From positions 4,092,001 to 4,156,000 of the forward strand of contig OX597842.1 of assembly GCA_951406725.2 (NCBI GenBank): a DNA stretch of 64,000 nt. The letters are read 5' to 3'. Of the stretch, positions 11,701 through 26,849 are shown in pieces (within the stretch, counting starts at the first letter, position 1; each line of letters begins with the position of its first letter). Position numbers and translations under genes: made by a program. Below the pieces are notes generated by a model. It was not told the DNA's origin and searched no databases. It saw only the letters and a program-made list of their open reading frames with translations. This stretch comes from Octopus vulgaris. Its lineage: Eukaryota.

Positions 11701-12076
11701 TACATACACACTTACACATTTACAAATATACACAATATACATTGTGTATGTATGTATGTATGTATGTATGTATCTTCGCTATTCTGTCTTTTGAGGTAGT
11801 TAGCTTTATAATTTCTAAATATTGATCGTTCGATTTCTTCAACGCTGTCACTCACTAACTCACACACACACACGAACACACACTCTCTCTCTTTCTCCTT
11901 CTCTTTATCTGTCTTCCTCACATTCAACATGCTTACTTCTCTCTTTTCCCAAAACACACACCGTCAGTCTTTCCTTCTTTTCTCCTTCTTTCTTTCTTTC
12001 TTCCTTCCTTCCTTCCACGCTTTCTTTTGCACATTCAACAAGTACACCGCACCCGTTCGATCCGTCTCTCGTTCAA

Positions 12077-12123
<47 letters not shown>

Positions 12124-12427
12124 ACTCTCAAATACACACACACATCACTGAGAAACGAACACAGTCTCTCTTCCTCTCCCCCCCCCTGTCTCACACATTT
12201 AGACAGAAGCTATCAGACCAACACACACACATGAATGTAGAGAAGCAAATTACATACACACACACTCACGCACACTGCTTTGCTTTCTCACACACATACA
12301 AACACATAGAAGCAACGAAGACACAAACACACAGTCTTCACCAACTCACACACACACACACACACACACACACGCAGCCTTGTCTCCCCGCCCTACACTC
12401 GTATATACACATATAGAATAAAAGAAG

Positions 12428-12458
<31 letters not shown>

Positions 12459-12769
12459 ACACACACACACACATACACACACTCGTCCCTCGTATAGAAG
12501 CAACTCACACACATATCCTCACACACACAGAAACACACAGAAGTAGACGAACACACACACACACATAAACCCACACACATACATTACGTTGGTTGTATGC
12601 ACACAAACACATACAGCCTTCACACAACATATAAACACACACACACACACATACATATTGAAGGAAACGAACACACACACACACGCACTGTATCATATAC
12701 ATTCACGATATCGCTGTCGCGCGCACACACACACACAAAAGCACACACACACATACATACACTACCCCC

Positions 12770-12916
12770 CTTTCTCTCTCTCTCTCTATTCCGCATCCTA
12801 CCCTTCCCCGCTCACCAATACATGCAACACGTATATCACTCCCTCTCTCCCTCCCTCCCTCCCTTTAACTCTCTGCCTTTCACACACAGTCTAATTCCTC
12901 TGTATCTATCCATCTC

Positions 12917-12957
<41 letters not shown>

Positions 12958-14400
12958 TTATCCGTCTGTCTATCTGTCTGTCTATATCATTTCTCGCACA
13001 CACATACACACTCTTTCTTACTTTCACTCTAACTTCTCCCTTACTCTCTCTCTCTCTCTTTCTATCCATTCATATATCGCTCGCTCACATTTCTCTCACT
13101 CATTCACTCTCTCTCTATTTCTCTTTCTATCTAACTTTCTCTTCATTGCTCCCTCCCTCCTCCCATTTTTTATCGTCTGTCACTCTATCACTCTCTTTTT
13201 CCGTCATTGTTCATCTCTGCATATAGCTCTTCCTTTCTTTCTCTTCCCTTTGTTCCTCTCTCAATATAGCTCTCTCTTTCTTTCTCTTCCGTACACTCTC
13301 TCTATTTCTCTTTTACTCTCTTTCGTCGCTCCCTCCGATTACCCCCTTCACCCCCCCCCCATACAGTCTCTTTCATACAACCATTCACTCTCACTCAGTT
13401 CTTCTTACTATATCTAACTTTCACCCGTTGCTCCCTCTCTCTTTCCATCTATACCCCCTCATCCACTCCCTCTCTTTGTGTTTTTCCCTTAGACTCTCTC
13501 TGTCATTCATTTACTACTCATACTCCCTCCACCTATTCCTCCGCACACACCGCGCTCTCACTCTCTTACTCTTTCTCCCCTATCACTCTCTGCCTCTGTC
13601 TCTCTCACTCTCTCTGATGCCCTATTCTCCTCACTCCCTCACACACTCACTATTCTTCTTACTCTATCTCCCTCCCTTTGTCGTTCTTACTCTATCTTTC
13701 ACTCGTTGCTTCCTGCCTTCTTCCTTCAATAACCTCTCACCCACTCACCCTTCACCCTATCTCTCTGACGAGCTCAAACTTTCTCCTCATCCCTTACTCC
13801 CTCCCTCACACATACTCTCACTCCCTTTCAATCTCACTTCCTCATACACACTCTCACTCCCTTTCTATTTCTTTCTCCCTACCTCCCTCCGTCACACACA
13901 TTTTCGCTCCCTTTGTATCTCTCTCCTTCCCTCAAACTTTCACCTCTCACTTATACGCTCACTCCCTTTCTATCTCTCTTCCTCCCTCCCTCAGATACAC
14001 CATCACTCCCTTTCTATCTCTCTCCCTCCCTCCCTCACACACACCATCACTCCCTTTCTATCTCTCTCCCTCCCTCCCTTCCTCCCTCACACACACCATC
14101 ACTCCCTTTCTATCTCTCTCCCTCCCTCCATCACACACCATCACTCCCTTTCTATCTCTCTCCCTCCCTCCCTCACACACACCATCACTCCATTTCTATT
14201 TCTCTCCCTCCCTCCCTTTCCCGCACACAAGCTCCCTCGCTCAAACTTTCTCTTCTTTCCCTCTCCTCATCATATACACGCTCACTCCTTTCTGTCTATC
14301 TCTCTCTCTCTTCCCCCCTCACTCACTCACACGCTCACTCCCGTTCTCTATCTCCTTCTCTCCCTCCCACCCTGTCAGCCTCCCTGTCTGTCTGCCTGAC
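12770..14400. repeat. 1.6-kb polypyrimidine-rich tract with an embedded minisatellite of about 44 bp (about 13995-14215)
   Basis: Mostly C/T on the + strand; ACACCATCACTCCCTTTCTATCTCTCTCCCTCCCTCC repeated about 5 times. Confidence 0.9.
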
Positions 14401-14403
14401 TGA

Positions 14404-14412
14404 CTGTCAGTC
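14404..14412 (+). promoter_or_regulatory. Candidate initiator (TCAGT) at the end of the CT-rich tract
   Basis: CTGTCAGTCGC lies at the switch from the CT tract to CpG-containing unique sequence; consensus donors follow at 15071 and 15307. Confidence 0.25.
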
Positions 14413-15128
14413 GCTACACACAATTCGCTTCTCGAGGATTTTTACCAACATGTGACGGAGCTATTTACAACTAAACATATATATATATATACACACGTGT
14501 ATATATATTTATGTACAAATATATATGTTTCTAAACACTGTGAAGTATTTAAAAAAAAACAAATACGGAGGAGATACGGAAGCAAAGAGTGGAAAAAACC
14601 TACAAACTTTATAATTGTAAGGATCATATATATATATATACACGTTTTCCAGTTTTCTGTTGATATATGAATATACACACATCCCCCCTACACACACACA
14701 CATCTATATATATGCATGTATATACACACATACAATCACATACAGGTGCACACACACAAACAATACACACACACATATATCTGTACACACACACACACAC
14801 ACAACACGTACACACATATATCTGTATACATGACACACATACACACATATATATACACATATATGCAACACATTTCACGTGTATGTATATATGTGTATAT
14901 ATATATATATATGAATAATACTACACACATACTATACGCCTATTGTGTATCTTTTTATAAACATATATGTTTAATTGCATTTAAACACAATTTATATGCG
15001 TTTTTTTTTATATACACACACACATATATATATATACATGTATACTCTTGTGATTTCGTTTTGCGGTACGGTGAGTGTTTTACCTTTTCGCTGCCGACAG
15101 CGTGTATAATGTATACACACACACACAT

Positions 15129-15172
<44 letters not shown>

Positions 15173-15775
15173 GTTTCACATCTTCGTCTACAGTGGATAT
15201 ATATATATATAAACGTACGTAAGAGGCTTTCAGGTGGTGTGTGTGTATATATAGATGCATGCATATATATGTATGCATAAAAACACTCACAGACCAGTGT
15301 ACACAGGTAAGGTAAATATATATATATATATATACACACACATACACACAAGTGTGTGTGCACAAACTTACATATATACAGTCTTCGAAACAATCTCTCT
15401 GAAAGATCTCACTGCTTGCGCGAGCATAAAATGCATGCGTACACACATGTACGCATGCATTGTGTGCATGCGAGATCTGCTTATTAAGTAACAGATAGCA
15501 AGAACACACAAACATACACACACGTGTATATACATCGTATAACTCCATAGACCTCTCTTCGCAAATGTATTACACGCGCGCACACAATTGCATGCTTGTG
15601 TGTGTACGCGACTGTTTCTCAATATATATATATATATGTGTGTATATATGCGTGTGTAGCTAAGCAACTGTCATTCGCGCACATGCATCTTTCTCTCTCT
15701 CTCTTTCTTCCTTTCTTTTTCTCTCCCCACCCATCCCCCCCTTTTGCTCTAACCGTTGTCTAGCGCGCGCTCACG

Positions 15776-15812
<37 letters not shown>

Positions 15813-15840
15813 CTCATATACACATGTAAACACAACACGA

Positions 15841-15881
<41 letters not shown>

Positions 15882-15920
15882 CACATACATACATATATAT
15901 ATATACACATACATATATAT

Positions 15921-15951
<31 letters not shown>

Positions 15952-16131
15952 CACACATACATATACACACACACATATATATATATATATACACATACGT
16001 ACATGGGAACACGCTCTCATACATGCACATGTAAACATACACACACATATATATACACATGTACCTCTGTAAACAGTTTTTATATAAATGTATACACACG
16101 CACACATACTATCAAAGATATATACACCCCT

Positions 16132-16162
<31 letters not shown>

Positions 16163-16214
16163 TTCAAAAAGTGCTTGTCTGAAAAAAAAAGTTAAACGAA
16201 AAAGCAAGCCAAGC

Positions 16215-17165
16215 TCTATGGGAGCAAGCGATCATCTAGAAATAGCAGTCAAATATTTCTGAAATCAAACACTAGCGGTTTGCATAATACAGGACACATT
16301 TGAGAATGTAGTCTAAGGTATACTTGGCCTCAACATCTTTGTTCATCGGCTTTGCTGGATCAACAGCTATTACCGCTTATACTACACTTTTCATTTGAGA
16401 ATGTAGTCCTAGATACTCTGGCTTAAAAAGGCGGGATGGTCACAATTTGAACACCTTTGATCATAGGTCTGTCTGGATCAAGACTGACCTGGGGCTAAAC
16501 AGCAACAGCTATAACCACTAATGCTAATTATTATATTATACATTAGATAAGGTAGCATTAGATACACTATGTCTGAACAAAAGGCGGGGTGGTCACGACT
16601 GGAACATTTGTTCATAGTTCTGCTGGATCATGGCTGACCTAGGGTTGAAGAACTTAATCCGCTCAAAATACAACAACAACAACAGCTAATTGTTCAACAA
16701 TAGAACAGGAAACTCCCACATGGTTGATGGACTTGCTAGAAATAACAGTAAACGTTCCCTCAAATCACTTCCTCCCACCTAAGAGAATGATACATGTAGT
16801 AGATATAAGAGGAGACGGTCACGGTTGGAGGCCCCTAGATTGTAGGTGTTTTTATCGGTGTTTATCTAGAGATAAACGGAACCCCTCAACGCCCAACAAG
16901 TAGGCGCTAACGAGAGAGCGATTGTGTGGTCGCTTCGGCATGCTAGAAATAGCAGCTAATGCTTCCCGTTGTCTTTCCTAAAATCGTTTAAACGTGAGAC
17001 GAATATATTTAAATATGTAATTAGAGTCGGAGCAAGTAACAGGACGGAGTTTTTGGAATAGCTACCTCATGAATACTATGCCGAGGGATGGTCACGACTG
17101 GAATATAAATACTTTTGATCATAAGTTTTATGATTAGGGATGAATTAGGGTTATAAAACAACAAT
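16215..17165 (+). repeat. Cluster of diverged repeat family D copies
   Basis: GCTAGAAATAGCAG, AATGTAGTCCTAGATAC, GGGATGGTCAC and GACTGACCTGGGGCTAAAC motifs recur several times. Confidence 0.75.
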
Positions 17166-17259
17166 TTCGACAAAATATATACCATTTTTTATATGAAAAA
17201 ATATATGACCCCTACTTCAAACCCCGCCCCATTCCCTACAAAAATAGGGATTTCTACTT

Positions 17260-17950
17260 AGTTGCGAGCTAGCAGAATTATTAGCGCGTCGGGAAAAATG
17301 CTTAGTAGTATTTCTTCCGACGTTCTGGGTTCAAATACCGGCCGACGTCAACTTAGGTTTTCATCCTTTTGGGGCCGATAAAATAAGTGCCCGTTGAGCA
17401 CTGGGGTTGATATAACTGAGTAGCCCCTTCCCCAAAATTTCAGGCCTTGCACCCGTTGCAGAAAGGATACGTTTTGAGTTCAAATTCCACCGAGGTCGAC
17501 TTTGCTTTCCCTCCTTTCGGGATCGATAAAATAAAGTACCAATCAAGTACTGGGGTCGGTATATGTACTCGACTATCCACTTCTATCATAAATGCTGGCC
17601 TTGTGCCAAAAACTGAAGCCATTATTATTAAACGCGATGAGCTGGCAGAATCGTTAGCGCGACGAACAAAATTCTTGAGGCTTGTCTTCCGATGCTTTAC
17701 GTTCTGAGTTCAAATTGCGCCGGGGTTGACTTTGCCTTCCATCATTTCGGATTCAATGAAATAAGTACCAGTTGAATACTAGGGGTCGATGTAATCGACT
17801 TATCCCCCATCCCCGAACTAGCTGGCCTTGTGCCAAAACTTGAAATTATTATTATCCTTATTATTTTTATTAGCCTTTCATTTTTTGGGGATCGGTAAAA
17901 TAGTGAAATACTGTATTTGGCAATCCTTCGGTATTGGTCTACGATGTCAA
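17260..17950 (+). mobile_element. Tandem cluster of SINE family B copies
   Basis: At least three copies with GAGTTCAAAT..GTCGACTTTGC..ATAAAATAAGTACC..CTGGGGTCGATGTAATCGAC..GGCCTTGTGCC. Confidence 0.85.
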
Positions 17951-18161
17951 TCACCTACACAACTTTCTCTTATAACATAAAAAGGCTCGACTGAAAGGAG
18001 GGCGAATTACGTCGTCTTATCCTAACACTTTCTAAACCAATTCCGAAGGAATACCCTTTTTTTCCTTTTCAGCCCTATGAGGAGGAAAAGGAAAGAAAAA
18101 AACAATTTAAAAAATTGACCTGGGCGGGAATAGAACTCGAATCTGAAAAGGCAAATTTGCT

Positions 18162-18290
18162 CCCGACTCTACCCTGAAATTTCTAGAGCTACTCTACCCG
18201 ACTCTACCCTGAAGTTTCTAGAGCTATTCTACCCGACTCTAGCCTGAAATTTCTAGAGCTATTCTACCCGACTCTACCCTGAAATTTCTA
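18162..18290. repeat. 35-bp minisatellite, about 3.7 copies
   Basis: CCCGACTCTACCCTGAAATTTCTAGAGCTAYTCTA starting at 18162, 18197, 18232 and 18267. Confidence 0.93.
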
Positions 18291-18941
18291 CCGACCTATG
18301 CAAGAAAGTAGTATTAATTTAAGGTCCGGGTATGAAAATGGTTGAAGAATGTTTTTTTTTTCTTTTAATCAATCAATTTCTACCGGTAAGGGGGCGGGGA
18401 TGGAAAAATAGAATAAAAATAAAATTGACCTCGGCGAGAATCGAACTCCAATCTGAAGAGGCAAATTTTGCTCCTGACTCTATTTCTGAAATTTCTAGAC
18501 CTACTTCCTACCGACCTACCTATGCAAGAAAAAAAGGGCTGGAGATGAAGACAAATGTTAGGAAGTAGGTAGAGGTACTCTAATGTCCGTGGTAGGGGGT
18601 GGGGGTAAACGCTCTGGGTCCTACCCCCCCCCCCGGCCACCTCCGTCTAAGAGCGCGCCGTCTCCCCCATCCCGAGTCACCTAGACTTCCACCTTTATTA
18701 TTGATCAGGGCGATGAAGTGGGGGAGCCTTTTAGCGCATCGGGCAGAAATCCCTTCGCGGTCTTTCGTCACTTTTCGTTCTTGGTTCAATTCCCGCCCAA
18801 GTCGACTTCACTTTTTATAATTCTAAGGTTGATAAAATAAGGTACCAGTCAATTTCTAGGGGTCAACTGAATCGACTAGACCTTTTCTGGCCAAGTGCCT
18901 ATTCTAAATATAATTATCATTTTCCGATTAATTTTTTATCG

Positions 18942-19305
18942 TTTACTTGTTTCAATCACTGGACTGTGGCCATGCTGGGGCACCGCCTTAGAGAATTTTA
19001 GTCAAATTGATCAGCCCCAGTACTTATTCTTTTAAAACCTAGTATTCTATCGGTGTCTTTTGCCGGACCGCTAAGTTATAGGGACGTAAACACACCAACA
19101 TCAGCTGGCAAGCTGTGTGGGGGACAAATACACACACACATATTCATTATACGACAGGCTTCTTTCAGTTTCCGTCTACCAAATCAACTTGCAACGCTCA
19201 AGGCTATAAGTAGAAGACACTTGCCCAAGGTGCCCAGCAGTGGAACTGAACCCAGAACCATGTTGTTGGGAAGCAAACCTTTTTCCCACACAGCCACGCC
19301 TGCGT
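18942..19305 (-). mobile_element. SINE family A
   Basis: Reverse-complement copy from TTTACTTGTTTCAATC to CACAGCCACGCCTGCG. Confidence 0.88.
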
Positions 19306-20035
19306 CTACCGATTTCAAATCTCACCGCAGTCAACTTTGCAAAAGCATTGTTTGAGGGTCGAAAGCAACAGTACCCGTAAACTACCCCTACCTCAACAAA
19401 TTTTATACTCTGCCTGTGTAGAAAAACGACGTTTATTAAAATTAGGGTAAATCGCTTTTGCATTGGTGGAACAGGTAGCGAGTTAGGCAACCAGCATTTT
19501 CAGATTTAGGTTCAATTCTCGCTGACAAAAGAAAGGAATTTTAGTATTTTTCTTTTTTTTTTTTTTTTAGATTTTCGCTTTAATCCCCTCCGAAGTAGGG
19601 ACCGGTAAGAAATTATAATTCCCAATGTTTTTGCTTTTTGTTGTTGCATTCTAGCTGCTATTTTTACCAGTTCCTTCCTTGCTTCTTATATATATATATA
19701 TGTACATCAGACAGTAGAGTGTGATTTGAGGGGGATTTGGCCGCTATTTTTACCAGGTCTCGAGGAAGTTTTTTGAAGAGAATATTTGGTGAAATGAGGA
19801 TGGGGGTCTACTATTTTTAGCATATTTCGCGTCCACCACTACCCGTTGAATAATGGATGGATGGGTGGGTGGGTGGGTGGGACAAGTAACTGTTGGAATC
19901 GATAGATACCCACTACCCGACACACACACACCCCTCTCTCTCCCCCACGCTCACACACACACACGCGCACATTTTTTCTTTATTATTTTCAGATCGAGAG
20001 CTGCGACCACGCATGGGCTCTGCCCTTATATATAT

Positions 20036-20447
20036 GTTTCTTTATTACCCACAAGGGGCTAAACACAGAGGGGACAAACAGGGACAGACAAACGGATTAC
20101 GTCGATTACATCGCCCCCAGTGCGTAACTGGTACTTAATTTATCGACATCGAAAGGATGAAAGGCAAAGTCGACCTCGGCGTAATTCGAACTCAAAACGT
20201 AACGGCAGACGAAATACCTATTTCTTTATTACCCACAAGGGGCTAAACACAGAGGGGACAAACAAAGGCAGACATAGGTATTAAGTCGATTACATCGACC
20301 CCAGTGCGTAACTGGTACTTAATTTATCGACCTTGAAAGGATGAAAGGCAAAGTCGACCTCAGCGTAATTCGAACTCAAAACGTAACAGCAGACGAAATA
20401 CCGCTAAGCATTTCGCCCGGCGTGCTTAACGATTCTGCCATCTCGCC
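20036..20447 (-). mobile_element. Young SINE family B dimer
   Basis: Two units of about 180 bp joined at GACGAAATACC|TATTTCTTT (about 20219); the head is at 20400-20447. Confidence 0.9.
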
Positions 20448-21632
20448 TGTGTGTGTGTGTGTTGGGAGAGAGAGGGCGATACACACTCATACACACACGC
20501 ATATATATTATTTATAAGCCAAGCGCTTGATATAGCTGTTCCGCCACAGCCTTCTCTTTCCATCGTAAGTTCAATTCCCGTTGGAGTCACCTATGCATGT
20601 TGTGTGTATGCTTTCCAGATTATTTGTGATGTGGTGGTGTTAAGGGGCTGGGCTGTGTTGAGGGCGATGGATAAAATATAATACCAGTGATATGCGGGGG
20701 TAACTAATGTTAGCCAACACGTCCCTCTGTTCCCTCACCTGCCCCGTGTTCTTGGCACCAAAGTTTGCGGCCTCAGCTTCATCAGATGATGATGATAATG
20801 GCGGTGATAGTCATGATGGTGATATCGGTGATGATGATGATGATAGTGATGGATGGGCGATCTTTCGATATTGGTCTATAAAATGTTGCTATGAAGAGAT
20901 GCCGTCATTCACCGTCTTTTTCAGCCCAGCCGCTGCAGCTGTCATGAGGAAATGTGGTGGGTGAATGACGTCGTATACCAATACCGAAAGTATTGGTATT
21001 GTTAAATTTGTTCTTACGGTGACCACCTCGTCGATTTTTAAGCGTGTGAGTGGCAGGGTGAACCCCAGGTAGGTGCTGAGAGAACAACTCTTGGTCAACG
21101 GCCTTCTAGAAGTGGCCATCCCGACGTTCCTGCTGGGTTTATGTATACCCTTGGGTCACTTTTATGTAAAGTATCCATCCCTTGCACGCTCGAAGATTTA
21201 CTTTAACCCTTGGCAGGTTCTGTAATAATAGACACACACTCGATCAGAGTCCCCTCCACTCCTGATGTGACCACGCCGTCGATTTTTAAAGGGAGAACTA
21301 ATATGTCCCCCACACATGCAAAAATATAATCTAGCCCCAGGCAGGCTCTGTGACTGTACACGGAGCCATGTTCGGCCAAAGACATTCCTGATGTGACCAC
21401 CCCACGTTTTGATGAGATATGATAATTATCTGGGACTACATTATTTTGCCGACTCGCATTTAAATTTATACAGAAGGGAGTGATTTGAAACGTGGCTGCT
21501 GCTTCTAGCATATCGATCGACTACATAGAGGTTCATTTGTTCGTTTGACTTCCTAAATTTTTTTTTTTTTTTTGTAGGCACCGTACAATACATCTAATAA
21601 GGAGTACCTGCGTGTGTATGTATGTATGTATG

Positions 21633-21684
<52 letters not shown>

Positions 21685-21685
<1 letters not shown>

Positions 21686-22057
21686 TTCAGTTTTTAGACT
21701 GTGGCCGTGCTGGGGCACTGCCTTGAAGAATATTTTGTCGAATGATTCGACCCCAGACCATATTTTTTGTTTAGCCTTGTACTTATTCTGTCACTCTTCT
21801 TTTGCTGAACCGCTATGTTACGGTCACGTAAACGCACCAAAACCAGTTGTAAAGCGGCGGTGGGACACACACGCACATATTTATATATATGGTGGGGTTG
21901 GGCTTCTTTCAGTTTCCGTCTACCAAATCCATTCATAAGGCTTTGGTCGGCGCAAGGCTATAGTAGAAAAACACTTGGCCCAAGGCGCGACATAGTGGGA
22001 CTGAACCCGGAACCTTGCGGTTGGGAAGCAAACTTCTTATCACACAGCCGCGCCACT
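21685..22057 (-). mobile_element. SINE family A
   Basis: Reverse-complement family A motifs along its length. Confidence 0.85.
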
Positions 22058-22299
22058 GACGTCATAAAAATTTATAAACTTTCGAGAGAATATGAAGTTT
22101 TGACAGAGGATCTCGAAGCACATAAATCTATATAAATAATTGCAAGTAAATATCAGAGTTAAAAAACCTCTTCAGGGTAGAAAATGTCGAAAGCTGTACG
22201 TGGGACGCGAGTCCATTTTTTTCTATCCCAAGGGGTCTTTTTCAACGCATTATTTCCACGCTATCATAGCTTTATATGCTATCAAACGCACTAACATTT

Positions 22300-23027
<728 letters not shown>

Positions 23028-23044
23028 ATGTATGTATATGTATA

Positions 23045-23260
23045 TATCACTTAGGCGATATCCCGGTGTAGAACTCGATATACATTATGCTTCAGAACGA
23101 AGCATTAGTCGGGTAGAGAGCGGTAATAAAGAAGAGGATAACAAAGGAATAAAGGGTTAACTTATGAACTTCATTGGCTTACAGCTGTTTCTGCTTTTAA
23201 GATGCAGTGGACGCGTAGTTGAGAGCCTGAGTAACACCTTATAGCTCAACGAAATATAAC
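23045..23260 (-). mobile_element. Penelope-like terminal fragment with the 3' half of a hammerhead
   Basis: The minus strand reads GCAGAAACAGCTGTAAGCC, i.e. GAAAC-AGCU-GUA with a palindromic loop. It is homologous to 38960-39010. Confidence 0.45.
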
Positions 23261-23309
23261 TAAATACACACACAACCACACAATCTTTATGTATACGGGG
23301 TACTCTCTC

Positions 23310-23690
23310 TTTTTGTTTCAGTCATTTGACTATGGCCGTGCTGGAGCACCGCCTTTAATCGAGCAAATCGACCCCAGGACTTATTCTTTGTAAGCCTAGT
23401 ACTTATTCTATCGGTCTATTTGCCGATCCGCTAAGTCACAGGGACGTAAACACACTAGCATCGGTTGAGAAGCAATGTTGGGGGGGGGGACAAACACACA
23501 CACACATATATATACATATATACAACGGGCTTCTTTCAGTTTCCGTCTACCAAATCCACTCACAAGACTTTGGTCGGCCCGAGGCTATACATAGTAGAAG
23601 ACACTTTCCCAAGGTTCCACGCAGTGGGACTGAACCCGGAACCATGTGGTTGGTAAGCAAACTACATACCACACAGCCACTCCTGCGCCT
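23310..23690 (-). mobile_element. SINE family A, young full-length copy
   Basis: Near-consensus reverse complement ending CACTCCTGCGCC. Confidence 0.92.
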
Positions 23691-23983
23691 ATAGCTCAGG
23701 TTTTATGTAAATTCAGGCATATTTTCAGCGTATATATACCTAATTGTACAGCGGGTACTTTAATATCTTTCTCTCCCTCTCTCTTATACAGGGAGTACAT
23801 CATTAAATATCTTTTGAGAATACCTTACGTTAAGGGGTTTTATGTTCAGTGTAAATTGCTGGAGTTTGATTTATATAACAGCCACAGCAACAACGGTTAC
23901 TACTACCAGTACCACCACTGATTACTACTACATAAACTATTTTTAAAAGTTATTATTTTTAATTAAAGATATTCACACATACA

Positions 23984-24027
<44 letters not shown>

Positions 24028-24043
24028 AGCACATGCATTCCCA

Positions 24044-24183
24044 CGGATGGGTGCTGGAAGGTCCTGGCTTTGGGTTAAAGGAAGTATAGAAGGATCAGTT
24101 GTGCTTTTATTCAACATATTCCCCTCTCAGATTCACACTTATTGCAGCGGTCCTTCAGTTTCTCTAAGCCCTGTAAAAGAACT
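24044..24183 (+). mobile_element. Mariner-like 5' end fragment
   Basis: Homologous to the left part of the MITE at 42034 (GGTGCTGGAAGGTCCTGGCTTTGGGT..TTTTATTCAACATATTCCCCTCTCAGA). Confidence 0.6.
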
Positions 24184-24342
24184 TGTTCATATTATGTATG
24201 TATACTCGCGTGTGTGTGTGTAAAACACGCTCAGTATATTCATGTATACATGTTCATATATATACACACACACGGGCGCTCATACACATATATTCAAACA
24301 CGTGTGCTAGAGTATGTATGTATATATGTATATATATATAGG

Positions 24343-24510
24343 TTCGTCTGCCGTTACGTTCTGAGTTCAAATTCCGCCGAGGTTGACTTTGCCTTTCATC
24401 CTTTCGGGGTCGATAAATTAGGTACCAGTTACGCACTGGGGTCGATATAATCGACTTGGTCCGTTTGTCTGTCCTCTCTATGTTTAGCCCCTTGTGGGTA
24501 ATAAAGAAAC
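24343..24510 (+). mobile_element. Young SINE family B, 5'-truncated
   Basis: TTCGTCTGCCGTTACGTTCTGAG...TTTAGCCCCTTGTGGGTAATAAAGAAA. Confidence 0.9.
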
Positions 24511-24514
24511 ACAT

Positions 24515-24579
<65 letters not shown>

Positions 24580-25315
24580 ACACACATGCTACGTAGATTC
24601 ATTTCCGCTCGTGCACACAAACACACGTGTGTGTATATCGATTGATACGTGTGCTCACTCCGCATATCTTTATATACACCCGCTTATACACGCGTGGTTG
24701 CACACACGCACGATGTAACTGTTTGTTGCTATTTGCTACAAGTATTATTACTAGCGCCGCAACACTACTTCCATTTCAGTTAGTAGTACCACTACCAATA
24801 CCACAACGACCACCACCACCACTATCACCTCACCTACTACTACTACTACAGCCAGTACCACAATTAGCATCACCACGACCGTTGTTACTTGTTAGTACTA
24901 CTGCCAACTACCACTGCTACTGTATTAGTACAAACTGTATACCAACCAGTGTCACTACTACTACTACCAATACTGTCACACTAACAAGAAATACTATCAT
25001 CTCAACATCAGTACGCACCACTACCACCGCCGCCCCTACTTCTACTATTACTACTAAATGACGTTTTAAATGTTTTGAACGTATCCGAGATGTCAAAACA
25101 TACAATTATATCGGGTGAGTGCGCGCCCGTGTGTGTGTGGATGTGTGTGCGTGTGTCTATGTATGTGTGTGTGTGTGTGAGTGTGTAATATGTCTACATA
25201 TCATATGTAGAAAATCGCTACTCGGAGTTTTGGGCCACTCACGACTGTTCGGATGAAATAAAAATATAGAATTTCCCTTTGGAACCCAAAACGTACACAC
25301 ATTCTCTCTCTCTCT

Positions 25316-25356
<41 letters not shown>

Positions 25357-25568
25357 GGTACGTACATATATGTTTGTATGTATGCATATATTTTATTTAT
25401 TACACTATATATATATACACACACACACGCATACATATGTGTATATATATGCATGTATATATACATATAGATGTAGGTATGTACATATATGTATCTATAT
25501 ATGCATATATTTATATATTATCTATATATTATTATATGATCGAACGCCACGCATCCTTTTCCAAGTAA

Positions 25569-25621
<53 letters not shown>

Positions 25622-25885
25622 TACAGAATAGGACATTTAATCGATCAATGCTCGTTTAAATTGATAAACCACACAAACACATGAACGTTCATATAATATA
25701 CACCCACACATACGATTGAGCGAAAATATATTACTGGTCTGTGCGTGCGAGTGTGTATATTTATTGATGTGTATATACCATATTCTGTATACAAGTGTAT
25801 GTACACACCACACAACGCCGTATGAGGACGCTCGGTATTAAAGTTAAACGTACGGAACCTTAGCTACGAGTAAATATTTCGTTTA

Positions 25886-26290
<405 letters not shown>

Positions 26291-26671
26291 GTATCTACCT
26301 GTACATGTGTGTATATATATGTATATGATAAAAATGTACATAAAATTGATTTACGTGTGCAATAAACACGCATAAATCGATTTGTATGAGTAGATTGTAT
26401 TTATATACATATATATATGCATACAGACATATATCGATTTATCGATCTACATCTTGTATCTCTTTATCTGTGTGTGTGTGAAGATGGCTCGCTTCTTCTT
26501 CTTCTTCTTCTTCTTCAATGCGTGGTTGACTTTTCCTTTCCAAAAGAAATTGCTGAGCTTGTTGTCTTTCCTCGACGATTATTTATTGGTCGTTGGTAGC
26601 GATCTGTCTTCTCAGCACAACTTCTCAATAGACAGGACAGAGTTCGATCCACGACCGTTGCAGTTCGTTCC

Positions 26672-26705
<34 letters not shown>

Positions 26706-26798
26706 TTTTTTCTTCTTTCAAATTTTATTCCATTTCTTGCCGAGTGTCTTCGACTCGGCAAAGAACTCATAGTATACATTGGTAGGCCATTAAACCAA

Positions 26799-26848
<50 letters not shown>

Positions 26849-26849
26849 A

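Noticed and set aside
13765-13785. CTGACGAGCTCAAAC as a hammerhead
   Set aside because: No GAAA box and no stem III; a chance match.
13428-14455. 323/241/180-aa ORFs rich in Leu/Ser/Pro
   Set aside because: They arise from the polypyrimidine tract, which is open in all three frames for compositional reasons.
20707-21511. Several ORFs in a moderately complex region
   Set aside because: They include a (GAT)n tract and antisense family D fragments; no recognisable protein motif or clear exon boundaries.
24627-25061. Thr/Pro-rich mucin-like ORF
   Set aside because: Degenerate (ACT/ACC)n simple repeat with no convincing acceptor. The donor-like GTGAGT near 25115 lies beyond the stop.
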